Source of the DNA: Gammaproteobacteria bacterium
GTDB taxonomy: Bacteria; Pseudomonadota; Gammaproteobacteria; GRL18
Direction of reading: 5' to 3'
Length of the DNA stretch: 64,000 bases
Assembly: GCA_016744395.1 (NCBI GenBank)
Contig: JADGEK010000012.1
Location: 2,986-66,985, forward strand
The notes under the pieces are model-generated. The model was given only the letters and a program-made list of their open reading frames with translations. It was not told where the DNA came from and made no database searches. The first letter of the stretch is position 1. Each line of letters opens with the position of its first letter. Below, piece after piece: positions 29,278 through 38,905 of the stretch. The position numbers and the translations under genes are program-made.

Positions 29278-31239
29278 TCATACAGCATTGATCAAAGTTT
29301 GAAACATTTCATCAGCAATAGATACCACTCTGGCAGAAGCTTGATATGCCTGCTGAAACTTAAGTAAATTGGCCGCTTCTTCATCCAGATTTACCCCTGA
29401 ATAGTTTTCTCTATCAGTGATAGCCTGTTCATTTAATGTTTGTTGTGCTGCCAGATCAACCTGCGCTGAATAAGTTTGAGTTCCAACATCTGAGACAATG
29501 ATTCCATAAGCATTCTGAAAGTCTGTTGAGCTGTTTTCCATTGTTTTGCTCGTCTGTAGTTGTGTCATCAAAAGGCCATTTCGATTATCATCGTAGGGAT
29601 CTGAATTGTTCTCTATAACAAACACATCCCCCTGTTCAGGTTGTCCAGTAATTTCAAAGGTAATATTTCCATAACCTGAAAAAGTAACTGACTTGCCGCC
29701 ATTATCAGTGCTTGGATCATAAGCTATTGTTCCACCAGGACCACCTACTACATCAAATCCAGGTATGCTGTCGTTATAGGTTAAAGTAATATCATCAGTT
29801 AAGGGTATATTGGTCAAATTACTAATGGATGGAAGGCTGATATCGCCAGTTCCAGAATTAATGGCACTGCCTGTTGTCCCAGGTATAGTTAAATCAGTAT
29901 CGTTACCTTGTCGAGAAATGATGGGTGATGCAAGCGCAATATCCAGAACATTATTAACGTTTACATCAAAGCTTGCTGCAGCATCATAGGTTGGTCGCAT
30001 TAAAAAACTTTCACCACTGGCAATATCACTGGTGATAGTAAAACCTTCAGTTGTACTCATGGCTGTATTTAAATCAGCAATACTATTCGCTGAATAACTC
30101 ACATTATCGTCTAATCGAGTTAAAACATAAGTACCTGAGTTATTATCAAGACGAAAATCACTGGTTGATAATACTTGGCTATCCGTAATAGTTAAAGAGG
30201 CCGTTGTTGATGAATCTTGACCAGCTAAACCTGAAATTGGTCCAGATAAGTCCATAAAGAAATCACCGCCATTTAACTCCTGTAATGTCATACCAAGCCC
30301 ATGCTGGGCATTAATTTCCTCGGATAGAGCTATAGCAACTCTACCTAGACCGTTACGGGTAGGTTCCAATACATCTTGTTTAAAATCAATAACACCCTGT
30401 AGCTGACCTCCTGAGATCTGCTCAGTTACATTGACTGAAGCATTACCCTGTGTCATTACTATGTCTAAATCTTGTGAGTTAAATTGATTTTGCTGAGTTT
30501 CCAATGTAGAAGCAACTGAACCAACAACCAATGATTGGCCTGAGCCAATAAACAGATTTGCTGCCCCATCATCCTGATAGACAACACTAACATCTATATT
30601 TTCAGCAATCTGTTTAATCAATACCTCACGTTGATCAATCAGATCATTCGGTAGATCACCCTGCCCTGCACCCATTTTTTGTACAATATCGACATTCAAT
30701 TGGGCAATCGATCTGGCTGCATCAGTAACTTCCTGTGTCAAATTAACCAGTTCTTGATTCACTTGATCATTTAACTGAGTAAATCGATCATCCAGCAGTT
30801 GGAATCGGCTTGCCAAAGTTTCAGCCTCAGTTAATAATACTTGCCGTGTTGATGTGGATGAAGGATCATCATTAGCATCCTGTAACGCACTAAAAAAACT
30901 TTCCAGAGTAGAGGTAAGTCCAGAATCAGAATTAGCCAAAATATTATCAATTTGTTCAGAGAGTTCCAAAAATGCATCAACCTGGCCGAGTTGGCTATTA
31001 GAATTGCGTACCTGTTCTTCCAAATATTCATCGGCAAGACGAACTGTAGTCTGTGCACTAACCCCCGTTCCTATATATCCTGAGCCTGAATATTGTGGAA
31101 GATTAGCTTCCTGTTCAGTCCGTTGGCGAGAATATCCTTCTGTATTGACATTGGAAATATTATGACTGGTTGTAGCTAATTGTTTTTGAGATGTGAGCAA
31201 TCCCGATGTTCCTATGCTCAATATACTGCCACTAGCCAT
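29278..31239 (-). CDS. flgK: Hook-associated protein 1
   Basis: TTSHNISNVNTEGYSRQ, PNDLIDQR, SGVNLDEEAANL..FQQAYQASA. Confidence 0.95.
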   Translation of the reverse strand: MASGSILSIGTSGLLTSQKQLATTSHNISNVNTEGYSRQRTEQEANLPQYSGSGYIGTGVSAQTTVRLADEYLEEQVRNSNSQLGQVDAFLELSEQIDNILANSDSGLTSTLESFFSALQDANDDPSSTSTRQVLLTEAETLASRFQLLDDRFTQLNDQVNQELVNLTQEVTDAARSIAQLNVDIVQKMGAGQGDLPNDLIDQREVLIKQIAENIDVSVVYQDDGAANLFIGSGQSLVVGSVASTLETQQNQFNSQDLDIVMTQGNASVNVTEQISGGQLQGVIDFKQDVLEPTRNGLGRVAIALSEEINAQHGLGMTLQELNGGDFFMDLSGPISGLAGQDSSTTASLTITDSQVLSTSDFRLDNNSGTYVLTRLDDNVSYSANSIADLNTAMSTTEGFTITSDIASGESFLMRPTYDAAASFDVNVNNVLDIALASPIISRQGNDTDLTIPGTTGSAINSGTGDISLPSISNLTNIPLTDDITLTYNDSIPGFDVVGGPGGTIAYDPSTDNGGKSVTFSGYGNITFEITGQPEQGDVFVIENNSDPYDDNRNGLLMTQLQTSKTMENSSTDFQNAYGIIVSDVGTQTYSAQVDLAAQQTLNEQAITDRENYSGVNLDEEAANLLKFQQAYQASARVVSIADEMFQTLINAV

Positions 31240-31399
31240 ATTGAATCTCCTTAATCGTTATTAATGTACGAACCCAGTCACAGTCACCTAGAGAATGAAG
31301 AATGAAAAATGACAATTTCAAACAGTTATATACAGATAAAATATTTAATATGTTTTCCATTTATAATTTAGCCTGATGTAAAAAAACATAAGAGTTTTT

Positions 31400-32776
31400 T
31401 TACAACTGGATAATAGTTTGGGTAATAGTATCCGCTGTTGTAATTGTTTTAGCATTTGCCTGAAAATTACGCTGTGCAGTGATAAGGTTGATTAGCTGTT
31501 CCGTTAAGTCCACATTAGAATCTTCTAGAGCACCTGAGTTAATTAACCCAGCATTACCACTGCCTGGTACATTTTGAATCCCAGAACCTGATGCAAAGGT
31601 CTCACCCCAATAATTGCTGCCTAACTGACTAAGGCCCTGATTATTTGTGAAATTAGTCAGAAAAACCTGCCCCAAATTATTAGATTGTCCATTAGTAAAG
31701 CTTGCAGTGATAATACCTGAATCATCTACTTCAATGCCTGAAAGTTGTCCTGACGTATAACCATTTTGAGTTAAATTAGTAACACCAAAATCAGCCCCGT
31801 ACTGGGTCAAGTCACTGAAATCAATTGAAATGGATTGATCTATGGTCGTACCACCACCTGTTGTCATAACAGGATTACTGGGATAACCCAGGTTTGTCGT
31901 AAAAGAAGAAGTCCCCCCTGAACCTGATAATGACGTTGAGTCTATCGTACCATTGTTTTGAAAAGTTACAGTTTCCAATGGGTTAGTTGATAACCCAGAA
32001 ATACCATGTCCAGTACCAGTGAAGATAATCTGTGGTTCTGAGGAGCTTGAAGCCTGGACTGCAGAAGAATCCATATTGTGAAAAATATTTCCATTTGCAT
32101 CGACTTGTTTAATACCAACTTCCCAGGTATTTGCTGATGATTTTCTAAAATAGATGGATGTTAACATTGGATTACCAAGAGAATCATAGGAAGTAAATGA
32201 TGTTGTATGATTATAACTATCAGGATCGACTGTACCCTGAGAATCCATGGTAAACGAAGTCGTTGGTATTGTTTCCCCTGAATCGATATTAGCGATTAAT
32301 GTCGCTATTGAGGTCTCATTAGGTTCGATGTTTGTACTGACGATCTGTAAATCAACTACTGAGCCAGTATTAATATTGTTTGTGAGAGGATCGACACCAT
32401 AACCTTTTAATGTTGAACCGTTGTTATCAACGATGTATCCATCTAGATCGACTTTAAATTCACCGCTACGAGTATACACACGATTTCCTGATGTATCATC
32501 GAGAGTAAAAAAACCATCTCCAGTTATTCCCATGTCTAAATTATTTTCAGTGAAAATAATATTACCTTGTGTAAACTGTTGAGCTGTCGCAGCAAGGCTG
32601 ACACCACTACCTATGGCAGTTGTTGCAGAGCCAAACTTACTGGTGGCATAGACATCAGAAAATTCAGCTCTTGACTGTTTAAAGCCAGTCGTACTTACAT
32701 TGGATATATTGTTACCGGTAACTTTTAAATCTGCCTGTGCCGCATTTAAGCCGCTTAAACCAATATTAAATGGCAT
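31400..32776 (-). CDS. flgE: Flagellar hook protein
   Basis: LSGL.AA..DL.V.GNNISN..T.GFK.SR.EF, YTRSGEF, YDSLG, GALEDSNVDL..QL..LI.AQRNFQANAK. Confidence 0.95.
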   Translation of the reverse strand: MPFNIGLSGLNAAQADLKVTGNNISNVSTTGFKQSRAEFSDVYATSKFGSATTAIGSGVSLAATAQQFTQGNIIFTENNLDMGITGDGFFTLDDTSGNRVYTRSGEFKVDLDGYIVDNNGSTLKGYGVDPLTNNINTGSVVDLQIVSTNIEPNETSIATLIANIDSGETIPTTSFTMDSQGTVDPDSYNHTTSFTSYDSLGNPMLTSIYFRKSSANTWEVGIKQVDANGNIFHNMDSSAVQASSSSEPQIIFTGTGHGISGLSTNPLETVTFQNNGTIDSTSLSGSGGTSSFTTNLGYPSNPVMTTGGGTTIDQSISIDFSDLTQYGADFGVTNLTQNGYTSGQLSGIEVDDSGIITASFTNGQSNNLGQVFLTNFTNNQGLSQLGSNYWGETFASGSGIQNVPGSGNAGLINSGALEDSNVDLTEQLINLITAQRNFQANAKTITTADTITQTIIQL

Positions 32777-32810
32777 AATTAATCTCCTGTTTTCTGGCTT
32801 TTTATATAAG

Positions 32811-33488
32811 TTATCTGATTTCTTCTACTTCTGACAAATAAACACTTCCTGAACCGACAAGGTTTAATTTTATTCCTTGTCCATCCTGTCCAACGGTTAC
32901 ACTATCAACTTTGGCACTAACGAGTACTTCCTGAGCAGTCTCTTCACCACTAATATCTGCAGTCGCTTGAACTTGATAACTACCAGCTGGTAAATTATTT
33001 CCACTATTATCTGTACCATCCCAGCTAAAACTGATTTCACCAGCAGCTTGTGTACCCATTGAAATGGTTTTGACTAATTGACCTGAAGAATCAGTAATTT
33101 CAATAGATAGATCAGTAGTTGATGCACTTAAGTTGATCGATCCTTCCACGTTATTACCACTCTCAAGTTCTGCATTTCCTCCTGGAGCCAAAACACTTCG
33201 ACCAACAAGATTGGAAGCTTGTAACACTGAAGAGGATTGCATTATAGAAGTAAAGCTTTCAAATGATTCCTGTAATTCCTCAATTCCAGCAGCAGTTTCA
33301 AATTGTGCTAATTGACTCAAAAAGTCACCATTTTCTTGCGGCTCCAGTGGGTCCTGGTTTTCTAACTGTGCAATCAGTAACTGCATAAATTGATCCTGAC
33401 TACTTTCTTCCGTCTTGGTCTCAGTATCACTGCTTCCTGTCAGTCCTAAGCTTTCATATATTGATACACTATTATCAATGGTTGACAT
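32811..33488 (-). CDS. flgD: Flagellar hook capping protein
   Basis: F.QLL.AQL.NQDPLEP..N.DF.SQLAQF, QASNLVGR, FSWDG. Confidence 0.95.
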   Translation of the reverse strand: MSTIDNSVSIYESLGLTGSSDTETKTEESSQDQFMQLLIAQLENQDPLEPQENGDFLSQLAQFETAAGIEELQESFESFTSIMQSSSVLQASNLVGRSVLAPGGNAELESGNNVEGSINLSASTTDLSIEITDSSGQLVKTISMGTQAAGEISFSWDGTDNSGNNLPAGSYQVQATADISGEETAQEVLVSAKVDSVTVGQDGQGIKLNLVGSGSVYLSEVEEIR

Positions 33489-33665
33489 TTTAATTCCCCT
33501 GATTGCTTAATCTTATTTATAACGATTTCTTTCTACTCAATGCATCAACCTCAATTTAAAATAAAAATGAAGTATCGATTAAATTAACCTGGCATACATG
33601 TCGTTAGTAAATAGGTAAACATTTACCTTTTGTCGTGAAAAAAACTCTTACAATTTTTTATTATT

Positions 33666-33708
33666 AATTTACTAGTAGAATATGCAGGAAATATGAAGAC
33701 AATATGGA
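33666..33708 (-). promoter_or_regulatory. Island promoter 3 (flgD operon)
   Basis: Minus strand: TCCATA-ttgtc-TTCATA-tttcc-TGCATA-ttctactag-TAAATT. Confidence 0.75.
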
Positions 33709-33957
33709 GAAGTTACTGATTTTAGAGATGAGGCAAATTTAATGGTTAAATGGTTTAAGAGAATTATTTATCAATTTTAATTTCTAATATGGACTCTCTA
33801 AAAGTTTCATTATTTTTATCAATTTCATTAATCAATCATTAAAATCATCTTATTATGCCTCGAAAAAGCATTTCGTTTATGATGTTTACAATAAGCATAT
33901 TTTAAGCAAGCAAAAGAATTACTATTGTTTCTACAAAGCAATAAACTTCATTATTTC

Positions 33958-34000
33958 TTCACATTTCATTCATACTCACTGCTCATTTCAAGCATAAACT
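33958..34000 (+). promoter_or_regulatory. Island promoter 4 (surface-antigen gene)
   Basis: TTCACA-tttca-TTCATA-ctcac-TGCTCA-tttcaagca-TAAACT. Confidence 0.7.
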
Positions 34001-34027
34001 TTTTACTGAGATATAAAATAAATTTGA

Positions 34028-34585
34028 ATGAAGGGAAAAATAATGATTATTGCAATAAAGAAATCAATGATGCTATTTTATAGTTTGATGGTGTTGGGTG
34101 TATTCGGATTTATTAATAATGATACTTATGCAGATCAAAGACCAGGGCCAACCAGACACAGTCCTGTTCATCACCAACCTCACTTCCCTGGCCCAAGTAT
34201 CTATTATGAAAGAAGAGGTCCCTCAAAGCCTTATATTAGACATCGTGGATATGGACACTATCTTCAAGATGATGCCTATCCATGGATAGCCTTCACAGCA
34301 ATAACGCTAAAAGTACTGGATAATGTCAATGAAGATCAGAAAAGAGCTCATGAGTCTGCTCAAGTTAAAGCAACGACAGCACCTGTTGGAGAGAAGGTTA
34401 TCTGGAATGCTGGTAGTGCAACAGGTTCTGTTACAACAGTCCGGGACGGGACAAGTACTTCAGGACGCTATTGTCGTGAATTTCAGCATCAAGTCAAAAT
34501 CGCAGGCAATAATCAGCAAGCATATGGCGTAGCTTGCAGGCAACCCGATGGATCTTGGGAAGTTATAACAACAAACTCAAACTGA
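34028..34585 (+). CDS. Exported RT0821/Lpp0805 (17-kDa surface antigen-like) protein
   Basis: Signal-like N-terminus, His/Pro/Arg-rich region, C-terminal CREFQ..V.I.G..QQAYG.ACRQPDGSWE. Confidence 0.8.
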   Translation: MKGKIMIIAIKKSMMLFYSLMVLGVFGFINNDTYADQRPGPTRHSPVHHQPHFPGPSIYYERRGPSKPYIRHRGYGHYLQDDAYPWIAFTAITLKVLDNVNEDQKRAHESAQVKATTAPVGEKVIWNAGSATGSVTTVRDGTSTSGRYCREFQHQVKIAGNNQQAYGVACRQPDGSWEVITTNSN

Positions 34586-34767
34586 GAATCCAATCTTAAA
34601 ATAAAGACACAGGCACTCTTGAACATGGCTATCATCGAGTAAAACACAATTTAAAAGCTTGTCTTTTGTCAGAGAGTAATAAAGTTAATGCAAAAGGCTT
34701 AAACAACAAAGATCGTGTTTAAAAATCACTAGGGCTAAGATAAAGTTTTTATCATACAGATAATTGT

Positions 34768-37230
34768 CTAAAAATCATTTTGCAACATATCAGTTATATC
34801 ATTTGCTGGTAAAGGTTTGCTGTATAGATAGCCCTGGAATTCATCACAGCCGTGTTCACGCAGAAATTCTGCTTGCTCAGGCTTCTCAACTCCTTCAGCA
34901 ATGACCTTCAATCCTAGACGTTTGCCCATGGTTAAAATGGTCAGTGCTATTTCTTTGGCTACATCATCTTTGGCAATATCGCGAATAAATGACTGATCGA
35001 TCTTGAGTCGGTTCAAGGGAAAATAGCGCAGATTGCTCAAACTTGAATAACCGGTGCCGAAATCATCAATGGCCAATTCCACCCCCTGTTGCTTAAGTTT
35101 CTGCATAATTGACAAAGTAATATCTAAGTTATGCATCAATGAGCTTTCTGTTATCTCCAGTTCCAGTTGTTCTGGACAGATATTTATCTGTTTAAGTAAT
35201 GAAGCAACACGAGTGACAAGCGTTTGATCTGCAAATTGTACTGGTGATACATTAACAGCCATCCGAATTGGTCTTAAGCCGTTTTGTTGCCATTCCCATA
35301 GTTGTAAACAGGCAGTACTCAATACCCAGTCACCTATGTTCTTTATCAATCCAACGTGTTCTGCAACGGGTATGAATGTTTCTGGTCCAATCCGGCCCAG
35401 TACGGGGTTCTCCCACCTCAATAAGGCCTCAACACCTATAAGTTGACCTGAGCTGGAATCAACCTGTGGCTGATAATAAACTTCAAATTCATTGTTATCC
35501 AAGGCGTGAATAAGTGCCTGCTCCAATCTGGAACGTACTTCCAGTCGGCGTTCTATATCCTGTGAGTAAACACAGACATGTTCGTTGTAGTCAATACGTG
35601 ATTTAAACATTGCGGTGTAAGCGTTACGTAATAAGACCAGACCGTCCTCGCTATCATCGGGCCAGACACTAACGCCAATCTGTGGTGATAAAAGTAATTC
35701 ACGGTGATTAAGATTGAATGGCTTCGTAAGTGCATTTAACAAAGTCTGTGTCATAACCAGAACACTGGCCTGATCCTTAATACCATAGATCAGCACGGCA
35801 AAGTCATCACCATTGAGATGTGCAATAAACTTGTCCTCATTCAGTGCCTGATCCAGTCGCTTGGAAATGGCTTGAAGTATTGGATTGGCCAAGGGCCTGC
35901 CCAGTACCACACTTGCAGCCCCTGGCCAATTGATGTGCAAGATCATAAGGCATGCCATGCCAGTCAAAGGCTCAATGACCACATCCAGATCACGCAAACG
36001 CTCTTCTAACATGCCATGATTGGGTAGACCCGTCACATTATTGTACTGGCGTTGTTGACTAAGCTGCGAAAGGAGCCTGCTTCTAAGTCTGATATCTTCT
36101 CCAATCTGCCAGAGTGACCAGACAGGCCAAGCCAAAACCAATAGCAATAATGCCGTAAATGGGGCAAACCACACTTTAAAAATCCAGAGTATGCAAATGC
36201 TGAATAACACAACAATGATCAGTGCTATCATCATAGCCAAAAGCCCCTTACGCATGGTCTGCAGCAGAATCAAAGGCAGTATAAAAGCGAGCAATACAGC
36301 AGTTAAAACACTTTGTTGCAATGCTCCTAATTCTTCCAGTATATGCCCCTGCAGGAGGCCGTTAAGAATATGTGCATTTAATTCAATACCTGGCATTCTT
36401 TCATGGGAAGGTGCTGCAGGGGTAGAAATGGAATCCCCTAATCCTGCTGCTGTTGCTCCAATAAGAACGTACTTATCCTGAATCCACTTTTCATCAACAC
36501 GGCCTGCCAGTACATCAGTGTATGACACCTGTCGGGGGCGTTGGTCATGAGAGGAGTAAGGGGTTAGCAGGGAGAATTGGCGTTGCCAGACATTTTCGGA
36601 GGCACTGACCTGAGACTTTTTATAAGCTGCCAACTCTAAAGGTTGCTGGCCTGATACTTGTAGCAAAGCTAGTGAAAATGTTGGCCAACGGGCATCACCC
36701 AAACCAGCATAAAGGAAAAAGCGTCGATTCAGTCCGTCACTGTCCAGTTCAATATCAACATGTCCCATGGCTTTGGCTGCAACAACCAGCTCAGGAATGG
36801 ATACTAACTCATCAATACCACCCTGAACTGTCTTCTGCATGGGGGCTAGAACCAGAACCACTCGACCATTGTTCATAATACTTTGGGCAAGCTGAGAATC
36901 TGCCCCGACATCATCATTCTGTGCTTCGGAAAAAAGTATATCAAGACCTATTGCCCTGGGTTTCATTTTGGAGAGTTTATCAATCAGCTCGGCATGGACC
37001 CGACGTGACCAAGGCCAGCGTCCTAGATCTCTGAGGCTGGCATCATCAATTGCGACAATCAGTACCTGATCCAACATCATCGGTGATTGTATTGGATAAA
37101 TAACATCATATAGCAGATAATCCATTTTTCGAAATGACTGGGTCGCAGATAGCCAGCTTCCAATCAATACCCCGAACAGGCTGAGCAGTATAATCAGCCA
37201 GAGCTGTTTTCGATAAAATGGTTGAGCCAT
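34768..37230 (-). CDS. CHASE2 - degenerate GGDEF - EAL c-di-GMP phosphodiesterase
   Basis: IVAIDDASL..LGRWPWSR, VLIGATA.GLGD, GIEL.A (CHASE2); three TM segments; NGDDF; VEALLRW; DDFGTGYSS. Confidence 0.9.
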   Translation of the reverse strand: MAQPFYRKQLWLIILLSLFGVLIGSWLSATQSFRKMDYLLYDVIYPIQSPMMLDQVLIVAIDDASLRDLGRWPWSRRVHAELIDKLSKMKPRAIGLDILFSEAQNDDVGADSQLAQSIMNNGRVVLVLAPMQKTVQGGIDELVSIPELVVAAKAMGHVDIELDSDGLNRRFFLYAGLGDARWPTFSLALLQVSGQQPLELAAYKKSQVSASENVWQRQFSLLTPYSSHDQRPRQVSYTDVLAGRVDEKWIQDKYVLIGATAAGLGDSISTPAAPSHERMPGIELNAHILNGLLQGHILEELGALQQSVLTAVLLAFILPLILLQTMRKGLLAMMIALIIVVLFSICILWIFKVWFAPFTALLLLVLAWPVWSLWQIGEDIRLRSRLLSQLSQQRQYNNVTGLPNHGMLEERLRDLDVVIEPLTGMACLMILHINWPGAASVVLGRPLANPILQAISKRLDQALNEDKFIAHLNGDDFAVLIYGIKDQASVLVMTQTLLNALTKPFNLNHRELLLSPQIGVSVWPDDSEDGLVLLRNAYTAMFKSRIDYNEHVCVYSQDIERRLEVRSRLEQALIHALDNNEFEVYYQPQVDSSSGQLIGVEALLRWENPVLGRIGPETFIPVAEHVGLIKNIGDWVLSTACLQLWEWQQNGLRPIRMAVNVSPVQFADQTLVTRVASLLKQINICPEQLELEITESSLMHNLDITLSIMQKLKQQGVELAIDDFGTGYSSLSNLRYFPLNRLKIDQSFIRDIAKDDVAKEIALTILTMGKRLGLKVIAEGVEKPEQAEFLREHGCDEFQGYLYSKPLPANDITDMLQNDF

Positions 37231-37233
37231 AAC

Positions 37234-38889
37234 TTACAGTAACAGAAATCCGAAGATGCCAAGAGTCGGTACCCACCACCAAGTGTCATCAGGCAAGGGG
37301 TCTACCCGTTGAATGCTTCCCCAAGGCCCCTGATAGCCGTCCGTTTCAATTGCTCTAACTCTTAAATAACGTGCTTGACCGCTAATAGCGTCAAACGCCA
37401 GTTGTGCCTCGTTAGTTTTAACATCCATTTCAAGCACAGAAAAAGTATCCTCCTCAGACAATTGCACCTGGTAGTTTAGTCCTTCCCTCTCCTGGGGCCA
37501 GGTTGCGACAAGTTTACCATCATCGGGGGCCGCTAGCTGCACTTGTACTTTTTCGGGCATCGGCCTGATTTCATAATGACGGATGGTGCCCTCAGGTCCA
37601 ACTTTACCATCTGCAGCGATACTGTTCAGCTGCCAGTAATACGAACCAGGCTCTGATAACTCCAAAGTATTAAAACGGGTATCTGTTAGCCCATCCTTAG
37701 TGAGCAGTAATTGCTGAAAACCTTCATCTGAGGCTATTTTCAAACGATAGCTTTTTGCATCGGTCAAATTAGTCCATTGCAAAATTGGTGCTTTACCACG
37801 CAAGACAGCATCAATATCGGGCTTTAGCTGTACAGGAGGTTGAGGCCGAGCATCCTGCATCAGTTTTTTAATAGTATCCCGACCTTCAAATCCTTGTGAA
37901 TCAATGCCACGAACACGCAGGTAATAAGAGCCATCGTCCAGCTCTGGTAATGCGGCCCGATTATAATGACTGAGCTGTTCCCAAATCAAAGTGTTAAACT
38001 GGCTGTTGTTCGACAGCTCAACCCGATATTGAACAGCATCTTTTATGGGTTGCCAGAGTATCATGACATTAAGAGTACGTATGGGGTCGGGGATATCCTC
38101 CAGCTCAGGTGCTGAAAGTAGTGCTACTACCTGTTCAGGTGCCTTTCCCTGTTCCACTCGGGTCCCAAATCCAGTCAACAGTAATGTATCTCTGTTAGCA
38201 GCACTGACCTTAACTTTGCCTTCCAGCACTTCAATACGTGACAATTTAGTCTCTTCATTTACTGAAGTGCGGTACTCGGTACCACGTACCGCACTGATCG
38301 CAGATGGTGTGTGTATTTCGAAGCGCGAACCTGGGCCGACAGCTGGCTTCACACGAGTGTCCATACGACCAGATAATAGACGTACACGCGAGTCCACCAT
38401 GCCAGTGGTACCATGAGCAGTTAGATGATCAAAGTGCATACGACTATTGCTGTGCAGTGTTAATACCGAGTGATCGGCAAACTGAACCGCCACTGAGGTA
38501 TCACTCCCGGTAATTAGTTCATCGCCCAAGTAAACCTTTGTACCAAATTTAACCGATTTCTCAGAATTACCTTTGGCCCGCTTTAACTCGAGATTACTGC
38601 CACTGAACAATTGTATTTCGGCTGGTATGCTATTACTACTGCGCACCCATTTAAAGGGGATCCTCAGGCGAGTACCCGGACGCATTTTTTTTGGTTGCTC
38701 AATATTATTGATCTTACGGATTTGTTCAAAACGTGTTACACGGTCCAAGTGTTTTTCACTAAAATCCCAAAGGTTATCACCCTCTACGGTTGTATAAATC
38801 CAGTGTTGTCCATAGGACTGAGTAGAAGCAAGCAGAAGACCTGCAAACAATACAATGAATGATTTCAGTCGTATGCGAAGTTGAGTCAT
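37234..38889 (-). CDS. LysM-FecR-fibronectin III protein
   Basis: True start probably ATG 38889 (MTQLRIR plus signal peptide). Y...GDNLW LysM-like domain, TPSAISAVRGTEY FecR, repeated W...Y...YYLRVR FN3 units, C-terminal TM. Confidence 0.85.
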   Translation of the reverse strand: MTQLRIRLKSFIVLFAGLLLASTQSYGQHWIYTTVEGDNLWDFSEKHLDRVTRFEQIRKINNIEQPKKMRPGTRLRIPFKWVRSSNSIPAEIQLFSGSNLELKRAKGNSEKSVKFGTKVYLGDELITGSDTSVAVQFADHSVLTLHSNSRMHFDHLTAHGTTGMVDSRVRLLSGRMDTRVKPAVGPGSRFEIHTPSAISAVRGTEYRTSVNEETKLSRIEVLEGKVKVSAANRDTLLLTGFGTRVEQGKAPEQVVALLSAPELEDIPDPIRTLNVMILWQPIKDAVQYRVELSNNSQFNTLIWEQLSHYNRAALPELDDGSYYLRVRGIDSQGFEGRDTIKKLMQDARPQPPVQLKPDIDAVLRGKAPILQWTNLTDAKSYRLKIASDEGFQQLLLTKDGLTDTRFNTLELSEPGSYYWQLNSIAADGKVGPEGTIRHYEIRPMPEKVQVQLAAPDDGKLVATWPQEREGLNYQVQLSEEDTFSVLEMDVKTNEAQLAFDAISGQARYLRVRAIETDGYQGPWGSIQRVDPLPDDTWWWVPTLGIFGFLLL

Positions 38890-38905
38890 AAAATGCACTT
38901 TATTT

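Noticed and set aside
28229..31284. Exact 11-mer CCAGTCACAGT downstream of flgL (28229) and between flgE and flgK (31274)
   Set aside because: An 11-bp match is expected by chance in 64 kb and there is no flanking similarity.
33489..33660. Possible flgC remnant upstream of flgD
   Set aside because: Manual translation shows no FlgC C-terminal motif; the region is more likely a 5' leader.
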